A stretch of DNA of 64,000 nt. Source: Nitrososphaerota archaeon. Lineage in GTDB: Archaea; Thermoproteota; Nitrososphaeria_A; Caldarchaeales; Calditenuaceae. The position numbers and the translations under genes are program-made. Below are positions 19,229-28,319 of this stretch, piece by piece. The DNA lies in NCBI GenBank assembly GCA_041641295.1, contig JBEPYO010000001.1:960001-1024000 (forward strand), in the 5' to 3' direction. The notes below the pieces were generated by a model. That model had not been told where the DNA came from. It did not search any database and saw only the letters and a list, made by a program, of their open reading frames with translations. The first letter of the stretch is position 1; every line of letters begins with the position of its first letter.

Positions 19229-20278
19229 TTAGGGAGGGTTAACTGCTTGGACAATATTCGTGTTCATTCTCACAAACTTGTTCAACGCAACTTCCGCAAT
19301 CATCCTAACCGAGTCCAGTATTGCCGAGAAGTGCATCAGTGAGACCCTGAGGGAGAGGGATAGCTCGACATCACTCACCTCCTCAATCAACTCGCGCTCG
19401 GTTGACTCGATCTCGTCAGCCATATTCTCCAAGGAGTCGAGGACACTATTTATCGTCTTGAGGTCGAGTGTCAGGAAGGCGTTGACGCCATTTGTGAGGA
19501 GGCTCTGGATATCTTCTGCCAGAGAGACGAGCCTATCTACAATCTTTTTCTTAGTTGGTGCTCCCTTATGCCTGATGTTGAGGCTCTCTTTAGCTAGTGC
19601 GATTGCATGTTGTCCTGCTTCTTCGAGAGCCTTTGCGACAAGCCTGTATCCCAGTACGGCGATTGGCATGTCGATTCCTATCGTGTGTGCGAGTGATGGG
19701 TTTCTGAGGGCGAGGATTAGCTGCCTAACGGCTATGGAGTAGAGCTCCTCGAGCTTCTTTCCCGTGCTAATGACATCTCCAGCCTTCTCAGAGATTCCGC
19801 GGACAAGCGAGTCTATTGCAACACCTAGCATCGATATGACCAGAACGTTAAGGCGTCTGATTATGGCTTCGACCTTAAACCTCGCCGGGTCAATTATTGC
19901 CTGTAAGACTATCTGCCTCGGAGTCTGCTCAATAACCTCAAAACCTGGAAGAGACTCAACCGCAGCCAGTATGGCTTGGGATTGACTACCCGTGAGCCCC
20001 ATGTTGGATGTGACCTTGACTATGTCGTATCCCTGTAAGAAGCAGGAAGTTACTATCCTAGCCAGAACCTCGGGCTTCTCCACCTCGTCGGCGTTTATTA
20101 CCACCGACGCAGGCTCACGTACGACTTCTCTACTATGTATGGTGAGGTTGTCTCCGTTTACCTCTATGTAGACTATGTCGCCGGGCTTCAGTCTCCTCTC
20201 GGCCACCCACTGTTTAGGCAGTGATACTACGAGTGTGGTCGTGCCTAACCTCTGAAGCCTCCGGGGATAAATGGTCAT
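19229..20278 (-). CDS. phoU: AbrB-PhoU family phosphate uptake regulator
   Basis: RRLQRLGTTTLVVSLPKQW...LKPGD AbrB domain followed by two PhoU helical repeats. Confidence 0.85.
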   Translation of the reverse strand: MTIYPRRLQRLGTTTLVVSLPKQWVAERRLKPGDIVYIEVNGDNLTIHSREVVREPASVVINADEVEKPEVLARIVTSCFLQGYDIVKVTSNMGLTGSQSQAILAAVESLPGFEVIEQTPRQIVLQAIIDPARFKVEAIIRRLNVLVISMLGVAIDSLVRGISEKAGDVISTGKKLEELYSIAVRQLILALRNPSLAHTIGIDMPIAVLGYRLVAKALEEAGQHAIALAKESLNIRHKGAPTKKKIVDRLVSLAEDIQSLLTNGVNAFLTLDLKTINSVLDSLENMADEIESTERELIEEVSDVELSLSLRVSLMHFSAILDSVRMIAEVALNKFVRMNTNIVQAVNPP

Positions 20279-20285
20279 TTGCCTG

Positions 20286-20310
20286 TATATGTAATGTATA
20301 TACTATTTAA
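20286..20310 (-). promoter_or_regulatory. TATA box plus TATAT direct-repeat element upstream of the phoU-like gene
   Basis: TTAAATA (minus strand, 20310-20304) followed by TATAT-N6-TATAT at 20286-20301. Confidence 0.45.
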
Positions 20311-20364
20311 GCATAACGCTTATCAAAACAGCGGGCCACATCATAACCGTAAGAGGTGAGGGAT

Positions 20365-20568
20365 ATGGCATCCCTACAAGAAACAGAGACCGTAAGAATC
20401 CCAGCCAGGAGAAGCTATGCCGCCGGTTATAAATACTGTAGCAGATGCAGGACATACCACCTAACAGACAGCGTAAGGTGCCCCTACTGCGGAATACTAC
20501 TGAGGAACTCGCCGAGGAAGAAGAAGCCAGTCGACTCGTCCAAATACATTCAAGCGCCGATAGTGTAG
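20365..20568 (+). CDS. small C4 zinc-finger protein
   Basis: YCSRC-x10-CPYCG..LRNSPRKK; ATG 20365 with GAGGTGA SD. Confidence 0.75.
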   Translation: MASLQETETVRIPARRSYAAGYKYCSRCRTYHLTDSVRCPYCGILLRNSPRKKKPVDSSKYIQAPIV

Positions 20569-20681
20569 GCTGGGTGTCCGGGATCTCTTTTTCAGAGAAT
20601 CCCGCAGTATTATTAGAGGGTAGATCTAGGCTCTGGGGATATAACGGCTAAATATACCGCTACTCTCGCATGTAAACCTGA

Positions 20682-21260
20682 ATGCTGAGAGGGACACTCG
20701 CGGCGGTATCACTTCTGCTCTTGCTGGGTGTATATTATACGGCAGGTGTTCAGCTTCCGGTTTATGACCCCCAGCGGGCTGTCGTGGGGGAGCTTCTCAA
20801 AGCGGTTTTCTTCCACTTAACACCCCTCTCCAGCCTCCTCGGTGGAGGCGTGAAGATAACAGGTGTAAACTTTGTGCTAAGCTCCAGCTACGGCCCCCTC
20901 CCCCTACTATCACTTATCCTGGCTGGGCTTCTTGTGGGGCTTATGAGCCGCTCTCTCCCACAGGCTATAACAGCCGCCCTGACAACCTCAATGCTCCTCA
21001 TGATAATGGCCATAATGCTCATGATCGGCTTTCTACCCACCCTTCCAATGCAGAGTGAGGATCTCAGATGGCAGATAGACACCGTGTTCTCGACAATTCT
21101 CTTGGAGAAGCCGCTCGAACTCCCAGTAATGGTTGCAGCGCCAATAATCGCATCAATCCCAACCGGCATAGTAATGGAGAGGCTCTGGTCTCAACAGCTC
21201 CGCGATGAGAGACCCCTATTTAGCTGGAGAAGACGGACACATCTCAAAAGCACAGCATAG
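20682..21260 (+). CDS. hypothetical membrane protein
   Basis: 192 aa with several hydrophobic segments. Confidence 0.6.
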   Translation: MLRGTLAAVSLLLLLGVYYTAGVQLPVYDPQRAVVGELLKAVFFHLTPLSSLLGGGVKITGVNFVLSSSYGPLPLLSLILAGLLVGLMSRSLPQAITAALTTSMLLMIMAIMLMIGFLPTLPMQSEDLRWQIDTVFSTILLEKPLELPVMVAAPIIASIPTGIVMERLWSQQLRDERPLFSWRRRTHLKSTA

Positions 21261-21373
21261 GCCGCACAAATGCTCAGTACCCCAGACACAGGTATTGCGT
21301 CTCTCTAGGCTCGCCTTTTAAAGACCACCCAGCAAATCTGCACATCACACAAATATAGTGGCTTCTGACAGTT

Positions 21374-21721
21374 GTGCAGGCGGGCTTGAGTCTACCCGAG
21401 ATTGATATCACAGAGTTTAAGCGGGTTGAGATGCGTGTTGGAAGGGTAGTAAAGGCGGAGCGCGTGCCCGCTACTGACAGGCTTCTAAGACTGGAGGTCG
21501 ACTTCGGCGGCCAGAGAAAACAAGCCATCACAGGTCTAGGCCACCTCTACGGCCCAGAACACTTCGAGGGCCGGCTCTACGTCTTCGTCACAAACCTGAA
21601 GCCTAGGAAGGTTCGAGGCCTAGTCTCAGAGTGCATGATACTGGCCGCTATGACAAGCGAGGAAAAGATCGTCCCTATAGCTCCAGAGGCAGAGATAGAA
21701 CCTGGCGCTGGTGTACAATAA
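21374..21721 (+). CDS. tRNA-binding protein (Trbp111/CsaA OB-fold)
   Basis: FKRVEMRVGRV, DRLLRLEVDFG, TNLKPRKVRGLVSECMILAA. Confidence 0.92.
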   Translation: MQAGLSLPEIDITEFKRVEMRVGRVVKAERVPATDRLLRLEVDFGGQRKQAITGLGHLYGPEHFEGRLYVFVTNLKPRKVRGLVSECMILAAMTSEEKIVPIAPEAEIEPGAGVQ

Positions 21722-21807
21722 GAGCCATAAACATACATCAATCCGAGAAATCATCCATCGATTTTAATTTATCAATAGCCTCCATAGAGGAAAAGGTAGA
21801 ATAGGAA

Positions 21808-22932
21808 ATGCCGGGGGCCAAGAAGGACTACTACGAAATACTGGGCGTCCCGCGTAACGCTACGAAGGATGAGATTAAAAAGGCGTATAGGCGGCTCGTC
21901 CTTCAGTATCACCCTGACAGAAACAAGTCTCCGGAGGCAGAGGAGAAGTTCAAGGAGATCAGCGAGGCCTACGCCGTACTGATGGATGACGAGAAGAGGC
22001 GGATATACGACATGTACGGCCACGAAGGGCTGTCAGGCACCTACACTAGGGAGGACTTCTTCAGGTCTAGGATGGAGGACTTCGAGGATATTTTCCGGGA
22101 CCTCGGACTAGGAAGTTTCAGCTCGCTCTTTGAGCGGCTATTCAGAGATTTCGGCTTCGGCATCTACGAGGAGAGGACTGCTAGGGAGGTGGTTGTCGAT
22201 GTAGAGCTCTCTCCAAAGGAGTTGTTTAACGGTGCGAGGAAGACTGTTCAATACTCTGTGTTAGAGGTATGCCGCAGTTGTGGGGGTAGTGGGGCTGAGC
22301 CCGGTGGGCTGAAGACATGCTCCAACTGTAGAGGCACTGGTCAAGTTGTGAAAACAAGCGTTTTAGGCTTCATGACATATAGCATGGCTAGGACATGCGA
22401 AGTTTGTGGTGGGACAGGGCGAATAGTAGAGAGGCCCTGCAAGACGTGTAGGGGCAGTGGTCGGGTCCAAAGCTTCAGGAAGCAAGACATCGACATTCCC
22501 CGAGGAATCTCGGACGGCTCCATCCTCCAGTTTAGGGTGCCGGAAAGCTCGAGCCATGGTGGTGGCGAGACAATACTTGTCGTCAGAGTAGGTGTTAAGA
22601 AATCCCCATACTACTATGTGAGGGATGGCGACCTCGTCGTGAGGGCCCCTATATCGCCTAGTGAAGCGGTCTTGGGTACGACAGTAAAGATACAGGGTGT
22701 TGACGGGTCCCTAGAGGTGAAAATACCGCCTAGGATGCGCCCCGGTGCATCGGTTGTTGTAAAGGGGCGTGGGCTTTGGAGGCGGACGGGCGTGCGGGGA
22801 GACCTGATCGTGAGGCCTGTAATTGTGGCTCCTATTAGAAGTGAGGAGGTCAAGAGGCTGTATGAGCAGATACATAGGAGTGAGAAGGCGGTGATGGAGA
22901 GGTGGAGGGGAAAGGCACTCAGACTTGAGTAG
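21808..22932 (+). CDS. dnaJ: molecular chaperone DnaJ
   Basis: J-domain with HPD; four CxxCxGxG repeats; C-terminal domain. Confidence 0.95.
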   Translation: MPGAKKDYYEILGVPRNATKDEIKKAYRRLVLQYHPDRNKSPEAEEKFKEISEAYAVLMDDEKRRIYDMYGHEGLSGTYTREDFFRSRMEDFEDIFRDLGLGSFSSLFERLFRDFGFGIYEERTAREVVVDVELSPKELFNGARKTVQYSVLEVCRSCGGSGAEPGGLKTCSNCRGTGQVVKTSVLGFMTYSMARTCEVCGGTGRIVERPCKTCRGSGRVQSFRKQDIDIPRGISDGSILQFRVPESSSHGGGETILVVRVGVKKSPYYYVRDGDLVVRAPISPSEAVLGTTVKIQGVDGSLEVKIPPRMRPGASVVVKGRGLWRRTGVRGDLIVRPVIVAPIRSEEVKRLYEQIHRSEKAVMERWRGKALRLE

Positions 22933-22957
22933 CTCTAGGCTTATTTAGTGCCGCGGA

Positions 22958-24073
22958 GTGTTTGTCGGCAGAATGAGCTCGAGGTATAAGGACAGGATTG
23001 AGAAGTTTGCCGCACGGCTGGAGCTCTCCGGATTCAACGCCTACATATGCACTAACGAGTCTAATATTTTCTACTTTACAGGGCTGCCGGGTCCAGCAAC
23101 CCTCCTAATCCGCCAGGACGGCTCAGCAACCCTCTACGTCTCGCCCATGAATTATGGGCTGGCAGAGAAGGAGGCCTCTCAGGAGCTTGAGATAGTTCAG
23201 TTAAAGATGGGGGTTGCGCCCGAGGCACTTCTCGCAGAAATTCTCAGCCAGCTAGGAGGAATGGTGGGAATAGACAACCTAGATATCGATACCTATAGAA
23301 AGATCAGCGGCCTAATCGGCGGTATAGACCTGCGACCGCAATCAAGACTCGTATGGGACATGAGAATGTCGAAGGACTCATATGAGGTGGAGGTGATTAG
23401 GGAAGCCTGCTCAATCTCCGACAGGGTCATGAGGGCAGCCTCAGACCTCTTGGTCCCAGGGATTAGGGAGAGTGAGGTTAAGGCAGAGTTGACCGCTGAA
23501 ATCTACAGGCGGGTGGGCCAAGAGCCCGCCTTCACACCAATAGTTGCCTTCGGCGAACGCTCATCATTTCCCCACGGGCCAATCCTAAGAGGCACGGCTA
23601 GAGACAGGGTCTTAAAGAAAGGGGATGTCGTAATTATCGACTTGGGTGTTAAAGTCGAGGGATACTGCTCGGACATTACCAGAACCTTCTACATCGGAAA
23701 AGAGATGGATGAAAAGCTTCAGAACGCGTTTGAATCCGTCATAAATGCTAAGACACTAGCTCAAAGCATAATGAGGCCGGGCGTCTCATGCAGCTACGTC
23801 GACGACATAGCCCGCGACTCACTCAGCAACAAGGGTATGGAACCCTACTTCACCCACAGCCTCGGCCACGGCTTGGGAATTGAAATCCACGAGCCTCCGA
23901 GAATAGGCCCTGGTAGCCAAGACCAGTTCATGGAGAACAACGTGGTGACCTGTGAGCCGGGCGTCTATTTCATAGGAGAGTGGGGCGTCAGAATGGAGGA
24001 CACGGTTTTGGTCACTGAGGAGTCTGCCATTCCGCTCACCTCCTACCCCCTTGACGAGTATCTTGTCTATTAG
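22958..24073 (+). CDS. Xaa-Pro aminopeptidase/prolidase (M24B)
   Basis: IDLG...GYCSDITRT, HSLGHGLGIEIHE, TCEPGVY, GVRMED. Confidence 0.93.
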   Translation: MFVGRMSSRYKDRIEKFAARLELSGFNAYICTNESNIFYFTGLPGPATLLIRQDGSATLYVSPMNYGLAEKEASQELEIVQLKMGVAPEALLAEILSQLGGMVGIDNLDIDTYRKISGLIGGIDLRPQSRLVWDMRMSKDSYEVEVIREACSISDRVMRAASDLLVPGIRESEVKAELTAEIYRRVGQEPAFTPIVAFGERSSFPHGPILRGTARDRVLKKGDVVIIDLGVKVEGYCSDITRTFYIGKEMDEKLQNAFESVINAKTLAQSIMRPGVSCSYVDDIARDSLSNKGMEPYFTHSLGHGLGIEIHEPPRIGPGSQDQFMENNVVTCEPGVYFIGEWGVRMEDTVLVTEESAIPLTSYPLDEYLVY

Positions 24074-24855
24074 CCGCCGAACCTGCGCGTTCTTTGCTGG
24101 TAGGTCCTGATGGCCCGTAGAAGGTCTATCCTTCTAAAGGAAGGCCAGTAGACGTCTAGGAAGACCAGCTCGCTGTAAGCTATCTGCCAGAGGAGGAAGT
24201 TGCTTATCCTCTCCTCGCCCGATGTCCTGATGACTAGGTCAGGGTCAGGCTTGGGAAGTCCATTAGTATACAGGTTCCGCTCGATGGTCTCCTCGTCCAC
24301 TTGGTCTGGCTGAAGCTCGCCCTCCGCAACTTTGCTACAAATCTTTCTGACAGCATCGACTATCTCTGCCCTACCACCATACGCGACTGCAATATTCAAA
24401 TGGAATCTGTCATGATGCATCGTCTCCCTCTCCAGCCTCCTAAGACTCTCTGCAACTTCCTCGGGCAGATAATCCAGCCTGCCTATCACCCTAAACCTAA
24501 CCTTCTCCTTCCAGACCGTCTCATCCTTCAAGAACCTCTCAGCCCTCTCCATTAAGAGCCGGTAAATCTCCTCAAGCTCCTCCTTGGGGCGCCTCATTAT
24601 ATTCTCAACAGATAAGACATACAGTGTAACGATTTTAATCCCAATCTTAAGACACCATCTTAGAAGCTCCTCAACCTTGTCGGCGCCGAACCTGTACGCC
24701 TTGCTGGGAGGAATACCTACGCTCCTAGCCCAGCGTCTATTACCGTCTAGAATTACTGCAAGGTGTTGGGGAATATCGCCGCTGCCTATAATTCGCTCTA
24801 ACCATCTTTCATAGAGCGAATACACCCCTAAAATCCTCAGTATCTTCTCAATCAT
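24070..24855 (-). CDS. uppS: cis-prenyltransferase (UppS family)
   Basis: HLAVILDGNRRWA, AYGGRAEI, PDLVIRTSGEERISNFLLWQ.AYSEL. Confidence 0.96.
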   Translation of the reverse strand: MIEKILRILGVYSLYERWLERIIGSGDIPQHLAVILDGNRRWARSVGIPPSKAYRFGADKVEELLRWCLKIGIKIVTLYVLSVENIMRRPKEELEEIYRLLMERAERFLKDETVWKEKVRFRVIGRLDYLPEEVAESLRRLERETMHHDRFHLNIAVAYGGRAEIVDAVRKICSKVAEGELQPDQVDEETIERNLYTNGLPKPDPDLVIRTSGEERISNFLLWQIAYSELVFLDVYWPSFRRIDLLRAIRTYQQRTRRFGG

Positions 24856-25991
24856 TGCTTGGGCGCCCTCATGCCTCTAACTGCTCTTATAATTGTGATC
24901 GAGGTTAGAAGCGAGGCGAAACCTATCAACGCGACCAATACAAGCTGTATGAGGTAGACAATGCTCTGTGTGGTCAGGAAGGTGCCGAGCAGCCTCATCA
25001 TAATCCAGAGGAAGAAGAATATCAGCATGGCTTGAACATGCCTCCAAACCCGAGGACTCTTCAACTGGTAGTAGTAGAATATGTTATAGGCCGTGTTGAG
25101 GAAGGCAGCGATAGCTATCAAGTCTATACTATTGACTATTAACACGCCTATGAATGGTCCAAGGTAGGGTAAGACTTGCTCGAAACCCAGCGGCCCACCC
25201 CTTAAAGCCGATTGAAGATAGTTTAAGGCCGCTTGAAAACCCGCTACGAACGCGACTATTATTAGAATCAGGCCGACAACCGCTGTGAAGATACGCAGCT
25301 GTACTATACCAGGTTTATTCGATATCTCGGCCAGCCTCCGTATTAGGCCTGAGAAGGCCGCGTCTATTCCAAACCCCCGAATGAGAAGTGCTATTCCTAT
25401 GAAGACGAGGAGAAGTGGCAGGCTGAGCAGATTGAAAAAATAAAGCGTCCCCATCAGCAATAGTAGTACTCCTGGGACCCCGAGAATTATTCTCGAATAT
25501 GGGGCGTCGTAGACAAGCATTCTGAGGTATCTGAGGAATAGAATCCAGCTAGTCTCTATCGTCTGGCTCTGCTTAACAATTACTGTTCTGGACGAGACTA
25601 TCTTGATGCGCGAGCTGATAATTGATGAGAGCGATGGAGTGAGTGGGCCGTCTGAGACTACAATACACTCGGTAGCCCCCAGCTTCTTGATAACGCTTTC
25701 TATCTCCCGGGAAATCTTGAGGTCAGACTCTAGTCCACCGTTATGTTTGCCTGTCACGGTAGCTATCTCGACGCCGTTAGGCCACCTACTTGACTCATTG
25801 TCAAGTATCTTGATGGCTGCGAACATAGCATTGGCATCAGCATCCTCGGGGTCTGCCATAACAAGCTTCAGGGCCGCTTCTAGGTTTTTCTCACGCCCTA
25901 TGATGGGGGACTGGACCCCGGCCTTAACCCCCACATCATCATCCTCATCGACCACCAGTATCAGGAGCGGCCCCTTCGACTCCTCCGCCAT
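24852..25991 (-). CDS. DUF373 family membrane protein
   Basis: LVVDEDDDVG.KAGV.SPIIGRE, ADPEDADANAMFAA; multiple TMs; start ATG 25991; overlaps the uppS start. Confidence 0.85.
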   Translation of the reverse strand: MAEESKGPLLILVVDEDDDVGVKAGVQSPIIGREKNLEAALKLVMADPEDADANAMFAAIKILDNESSRWPNGVEIATVTGKHNGGLESDLKISREIESVIKKLGATECIVVSDGPLTPSLSSIISSRIKIVSSRTVIVKQSQTIETSWILFLRYLRMLVYDAPYSRIILGVPGVLLLLMGTLYFFNLLSLPLLLVFIGIALLIRGFGIDAAFSGLIRRLAEISNKPGIVQLRIFTAVVGLILIIVAFVAGFQAALNYLQSALRGGPLGFEQVLPYLGPFIGVLIVNSIDLIAIAAFLNTAYNIFYYYQLKSPRVWRHVQAMLIFFFLWIMMRLLGTFLTTQSIVYLIQLVLVALIGFASLLTSITIIRAVRGMRAPKQ

Positions 25992-26154
25992 CCAACCCCA
26001 GCCATATACGATTGCCCCTTTAAATTTAAAAAAGTCTCCGGCACGACGTATATAAAGCTTGGAAAGAAGGACTTCTCCGCAGCCATCCAGTCTCAGCCTT
26101 GGCCATTTCCCACCACTTGAATGTATAAATCTTGGGCCGCCCGGACTATGCCGC

Positions 26155-26496
26155 GTGACCCAACTCTTTAGAATCGATGAGGGTGTCTGGGCAAGTTCTT
26201 CGGGGAGGGTCTCGGTTCTGGTCAACGAGTCTATGAGCAAATTAATGATGGCTGGGATAGTTGTCGTGAATCCTGGGCAGCGTCTTCCAGCTGAGGGTTA
26301 TAGTCTCCACGAGTCGAGTGATGAGCTGTCTTATGTTGTGGAGGGGGAGATTGTTTTTGGGACAGAGTCTGGAGAGAGGCTTTTAAGGGCTGGAGACCTG
26401 TTCTTTAACCCGCGGGGGACAAGACACTACGTCAGAAACGATGGAGATAAGCCCTGTAGGGTTATCTGGGTACTGTCGCCTCCCATTAAACTATAG
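26155..26496 (+). CDS. cupin domain protein
   Basis: H..SDELSYVVEG...AGDLFFNPRGTRHYVRN; GTG 26155 follows TATAAA near 26124. Confidence 0.8.
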   Translation: MTQLFRIDEGVWASSSGRVSVLVNESMSKLMMAGIVVVNPGQRLPAEGYSLHESSDELSYVVEGEIVFGTESGERLLRAGDLFFNPRGTRHYVRNDGDKPCRVIWVLSPPIKL

Positions 26497-26603
26497 GGGC
26501 CCGTGTTCTCAAAAAGTTGCCTATAAACGATGCCAGACTATGGTAGAATAGTTTGAGACAAGCGTCTAAAAGTCCTCTAAGAGTTTAACTTTCCTCCTAT
26601 TGC

Positions 26604-27503
26604 CTATGATTGGCTTGCTCCGCCGTTTGTCTGCCAGAGGGTCTCATCCTCCAGCAGTATCTTCATCTCCTCAAACTCTAGCTTCTCCCCTCTCTCCAGC
26701 TTCTCGATGGCTTCCTTCTTTCTCTTGGCCTTGACCTCGCTGATCCTCCTCTTTAGCAGCTCCTCTCTCTTACCCCTGAGGAGTCTGTAAAGCTCGTATA
26801 TTCTAGATGCCGCCAGTATTCTCTCGGCTTCAAGCCTGTCCCTCTCCTCTCTAGCCTCGATATAGCTGGAGTGATGTCTATCCGCCTCACTCTTTAGATT
26901 GTCGTAAAGATTGTTGAGCGCCTCCATCTCCATCGATATTTGGCTCAGCCTAGCCGTCACACTCTCTAGCCTCTTTCTCTTCTCTTCAAGATCTCTCCTA
27001 ACCTCCTCCATCTGGGGTGAGAGCTCGTTTAGTGAGAGGTGTATCTTTAGGGCTTTCTCATAGTCTATCAGCATCGCCTCAAGCTTTGAGGCCTCTTCGA
27101 AGAGCTTTCTCTCCTCCTCTCTACTCACTCTGTGGGATGCGAGATAGAGGTCTATCTCGTCGAGCCTCTTCTTTATCCTATTCACATCCATAGAAAGTCT
27201 CAGATTCTTCAGCTCGCCCTTTAACTGTCTCTTCTCTATAACATAGTTGAGCAGCTTCTGTCTCAGCTCTCTCACCTCTCGTCTCAAGGTTCTGCTCTCT
27301 TCAACGAGTGATGCTTTCTCCTCCTTGAGCTTCTTCACCTTCTCCCTTATCTCTCTCATCTTATCATGTGCCTTGTCTCTCTCCGCGATGCTTTTGTTAA
27401 TTTTAGCGTTTATTTCCTCAATCTTCCTGTCCAGCTCGCTTATCCTGTCCTTCAGCTCGCCTATCTCCCTCGAAATCTCGTCCTCGACGCTCATAAGGAC
27501 CAC
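26604..27503 (-). CDS. archaeal coiled-coil protein (COG1340-like)
   Basis: Long heptad-rich helix ending in EKLERGEKLEFEEMKILL. Confidence 0.75.
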   Translation of the reverse strand: MVLMSVEDEISREIGELKDRISELDRKIEEINAKINKSIAERDKAHDKMREIREKVKKLKEEKASLVEESRTLRREVRELRQKLLNYVIEKRQLKGELKNLRLSMDVNRIKKRLDEIDLYLASHRVSREEERKLFEEASKLEAMLIDYEKALKIHLSLNELSPQMEEVRRDLEEKRKRLESVTARLSQISMEMEALNNLYDNLKSEADRHHSSYIEAREERDRLEAERILAASRIYELYRLLRGKREELLKRRISEVKAKRKKEAIEKLERGEKLEFEEMKILLEDETLWQTNGGASQS

Positions 27504-28265
27504 CTATCTGAGCTCATATTCACCCTCACTGAGTGCTCTAGTGACGGCGCCGTGAAGCGCCCCCATCCCTTCCAGTGTTTTAGAAGACACCGCAATAACT
27601 GGAAATGTTCTGCCAATGTCGTGCAAGATATGAACAATATCGCGTGTTATAAGCATTTGCATGCCTTGGCTCCTAGACTCTATATCAACCTCGAGGGCTT
27701 CCTGTGAAGAGATCCACCTGCGGATCCGTCTAAGTATTCTCTTCGGGACTATGTCGATCTTCGATATCGCGATGATTGATTGGAGGTTGAGTGAGAGATA
27801 GACCGATGTTGCGAGGAATAGTGAGGAGGCGAACAACCTCGTCGTGTGGCTCGCGACTGGATCCATTAGATATATTATGATGCTTGGAACCTTCCTGAGT
27901 GCCTTAACAATAACTCTGCCCTCCTTCCTAAAGGCGAATAACTCTAGCTGACCGGGCGTGTCGATCAGCACATAGTCTACTGAGAGGTCCATGATCTCTG
28001 AGCAGAGCGTGTCAATCTCTCTCACGGCCTCTCTCACCGAGGCTATTAGTGCGGCGTTGGGGCCGAGGTTATACGTGAGCATCATTCGCTCGTAGTCGAC
28101 GTATTCTCTGATGTCTACTTCCGGCTCGTAGGGGAGGACTGTAGCGGCCGGGTCGAGGTTTACTGTTGCGACGCTCTGCTCATTCTGCTTCAGCCACTCC
28201 GCATAAGCCGCGGTTAGCGAGGATTTCCCAGACCCTGCTGTCCCGACAATATAGGCTATCCGCAA
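27504..28265 (-). CDS. GPN-loop GTPase
   Basis: GTAGSGKS, NLDPA, LGPNAA (GPN), DTPGQLELF. Confidence 0.93.
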   Translation of the reverse strand: MRIAYIVGTAGSGKSSLTAAYAEWLKQNEQSVATVNLDPAATVLPYEPEVDIREYVDYERMMLTYNLGPNAALIASVREAVREIDTLCSEIMDLSVDYVLIDTPGQLELFAFRKEGRVIVKALRKVPSIIIYLMDPVASHTTRLFASSLFLATSVYLSLNLQSIIAISKIDIVPKRILRRIRRWISSQEALEVDIESRSQGMQMLITRDIVHILHDIGRTFPVIAVSSKTLEGMGALHGAVTRALSEGEYELR

Positions 28266-28319
28266 ACTCTAACCCAGCTGTCACCTAGTAGAATTTAACT
28301 ATGAGTGGGCTCGCCCCGG

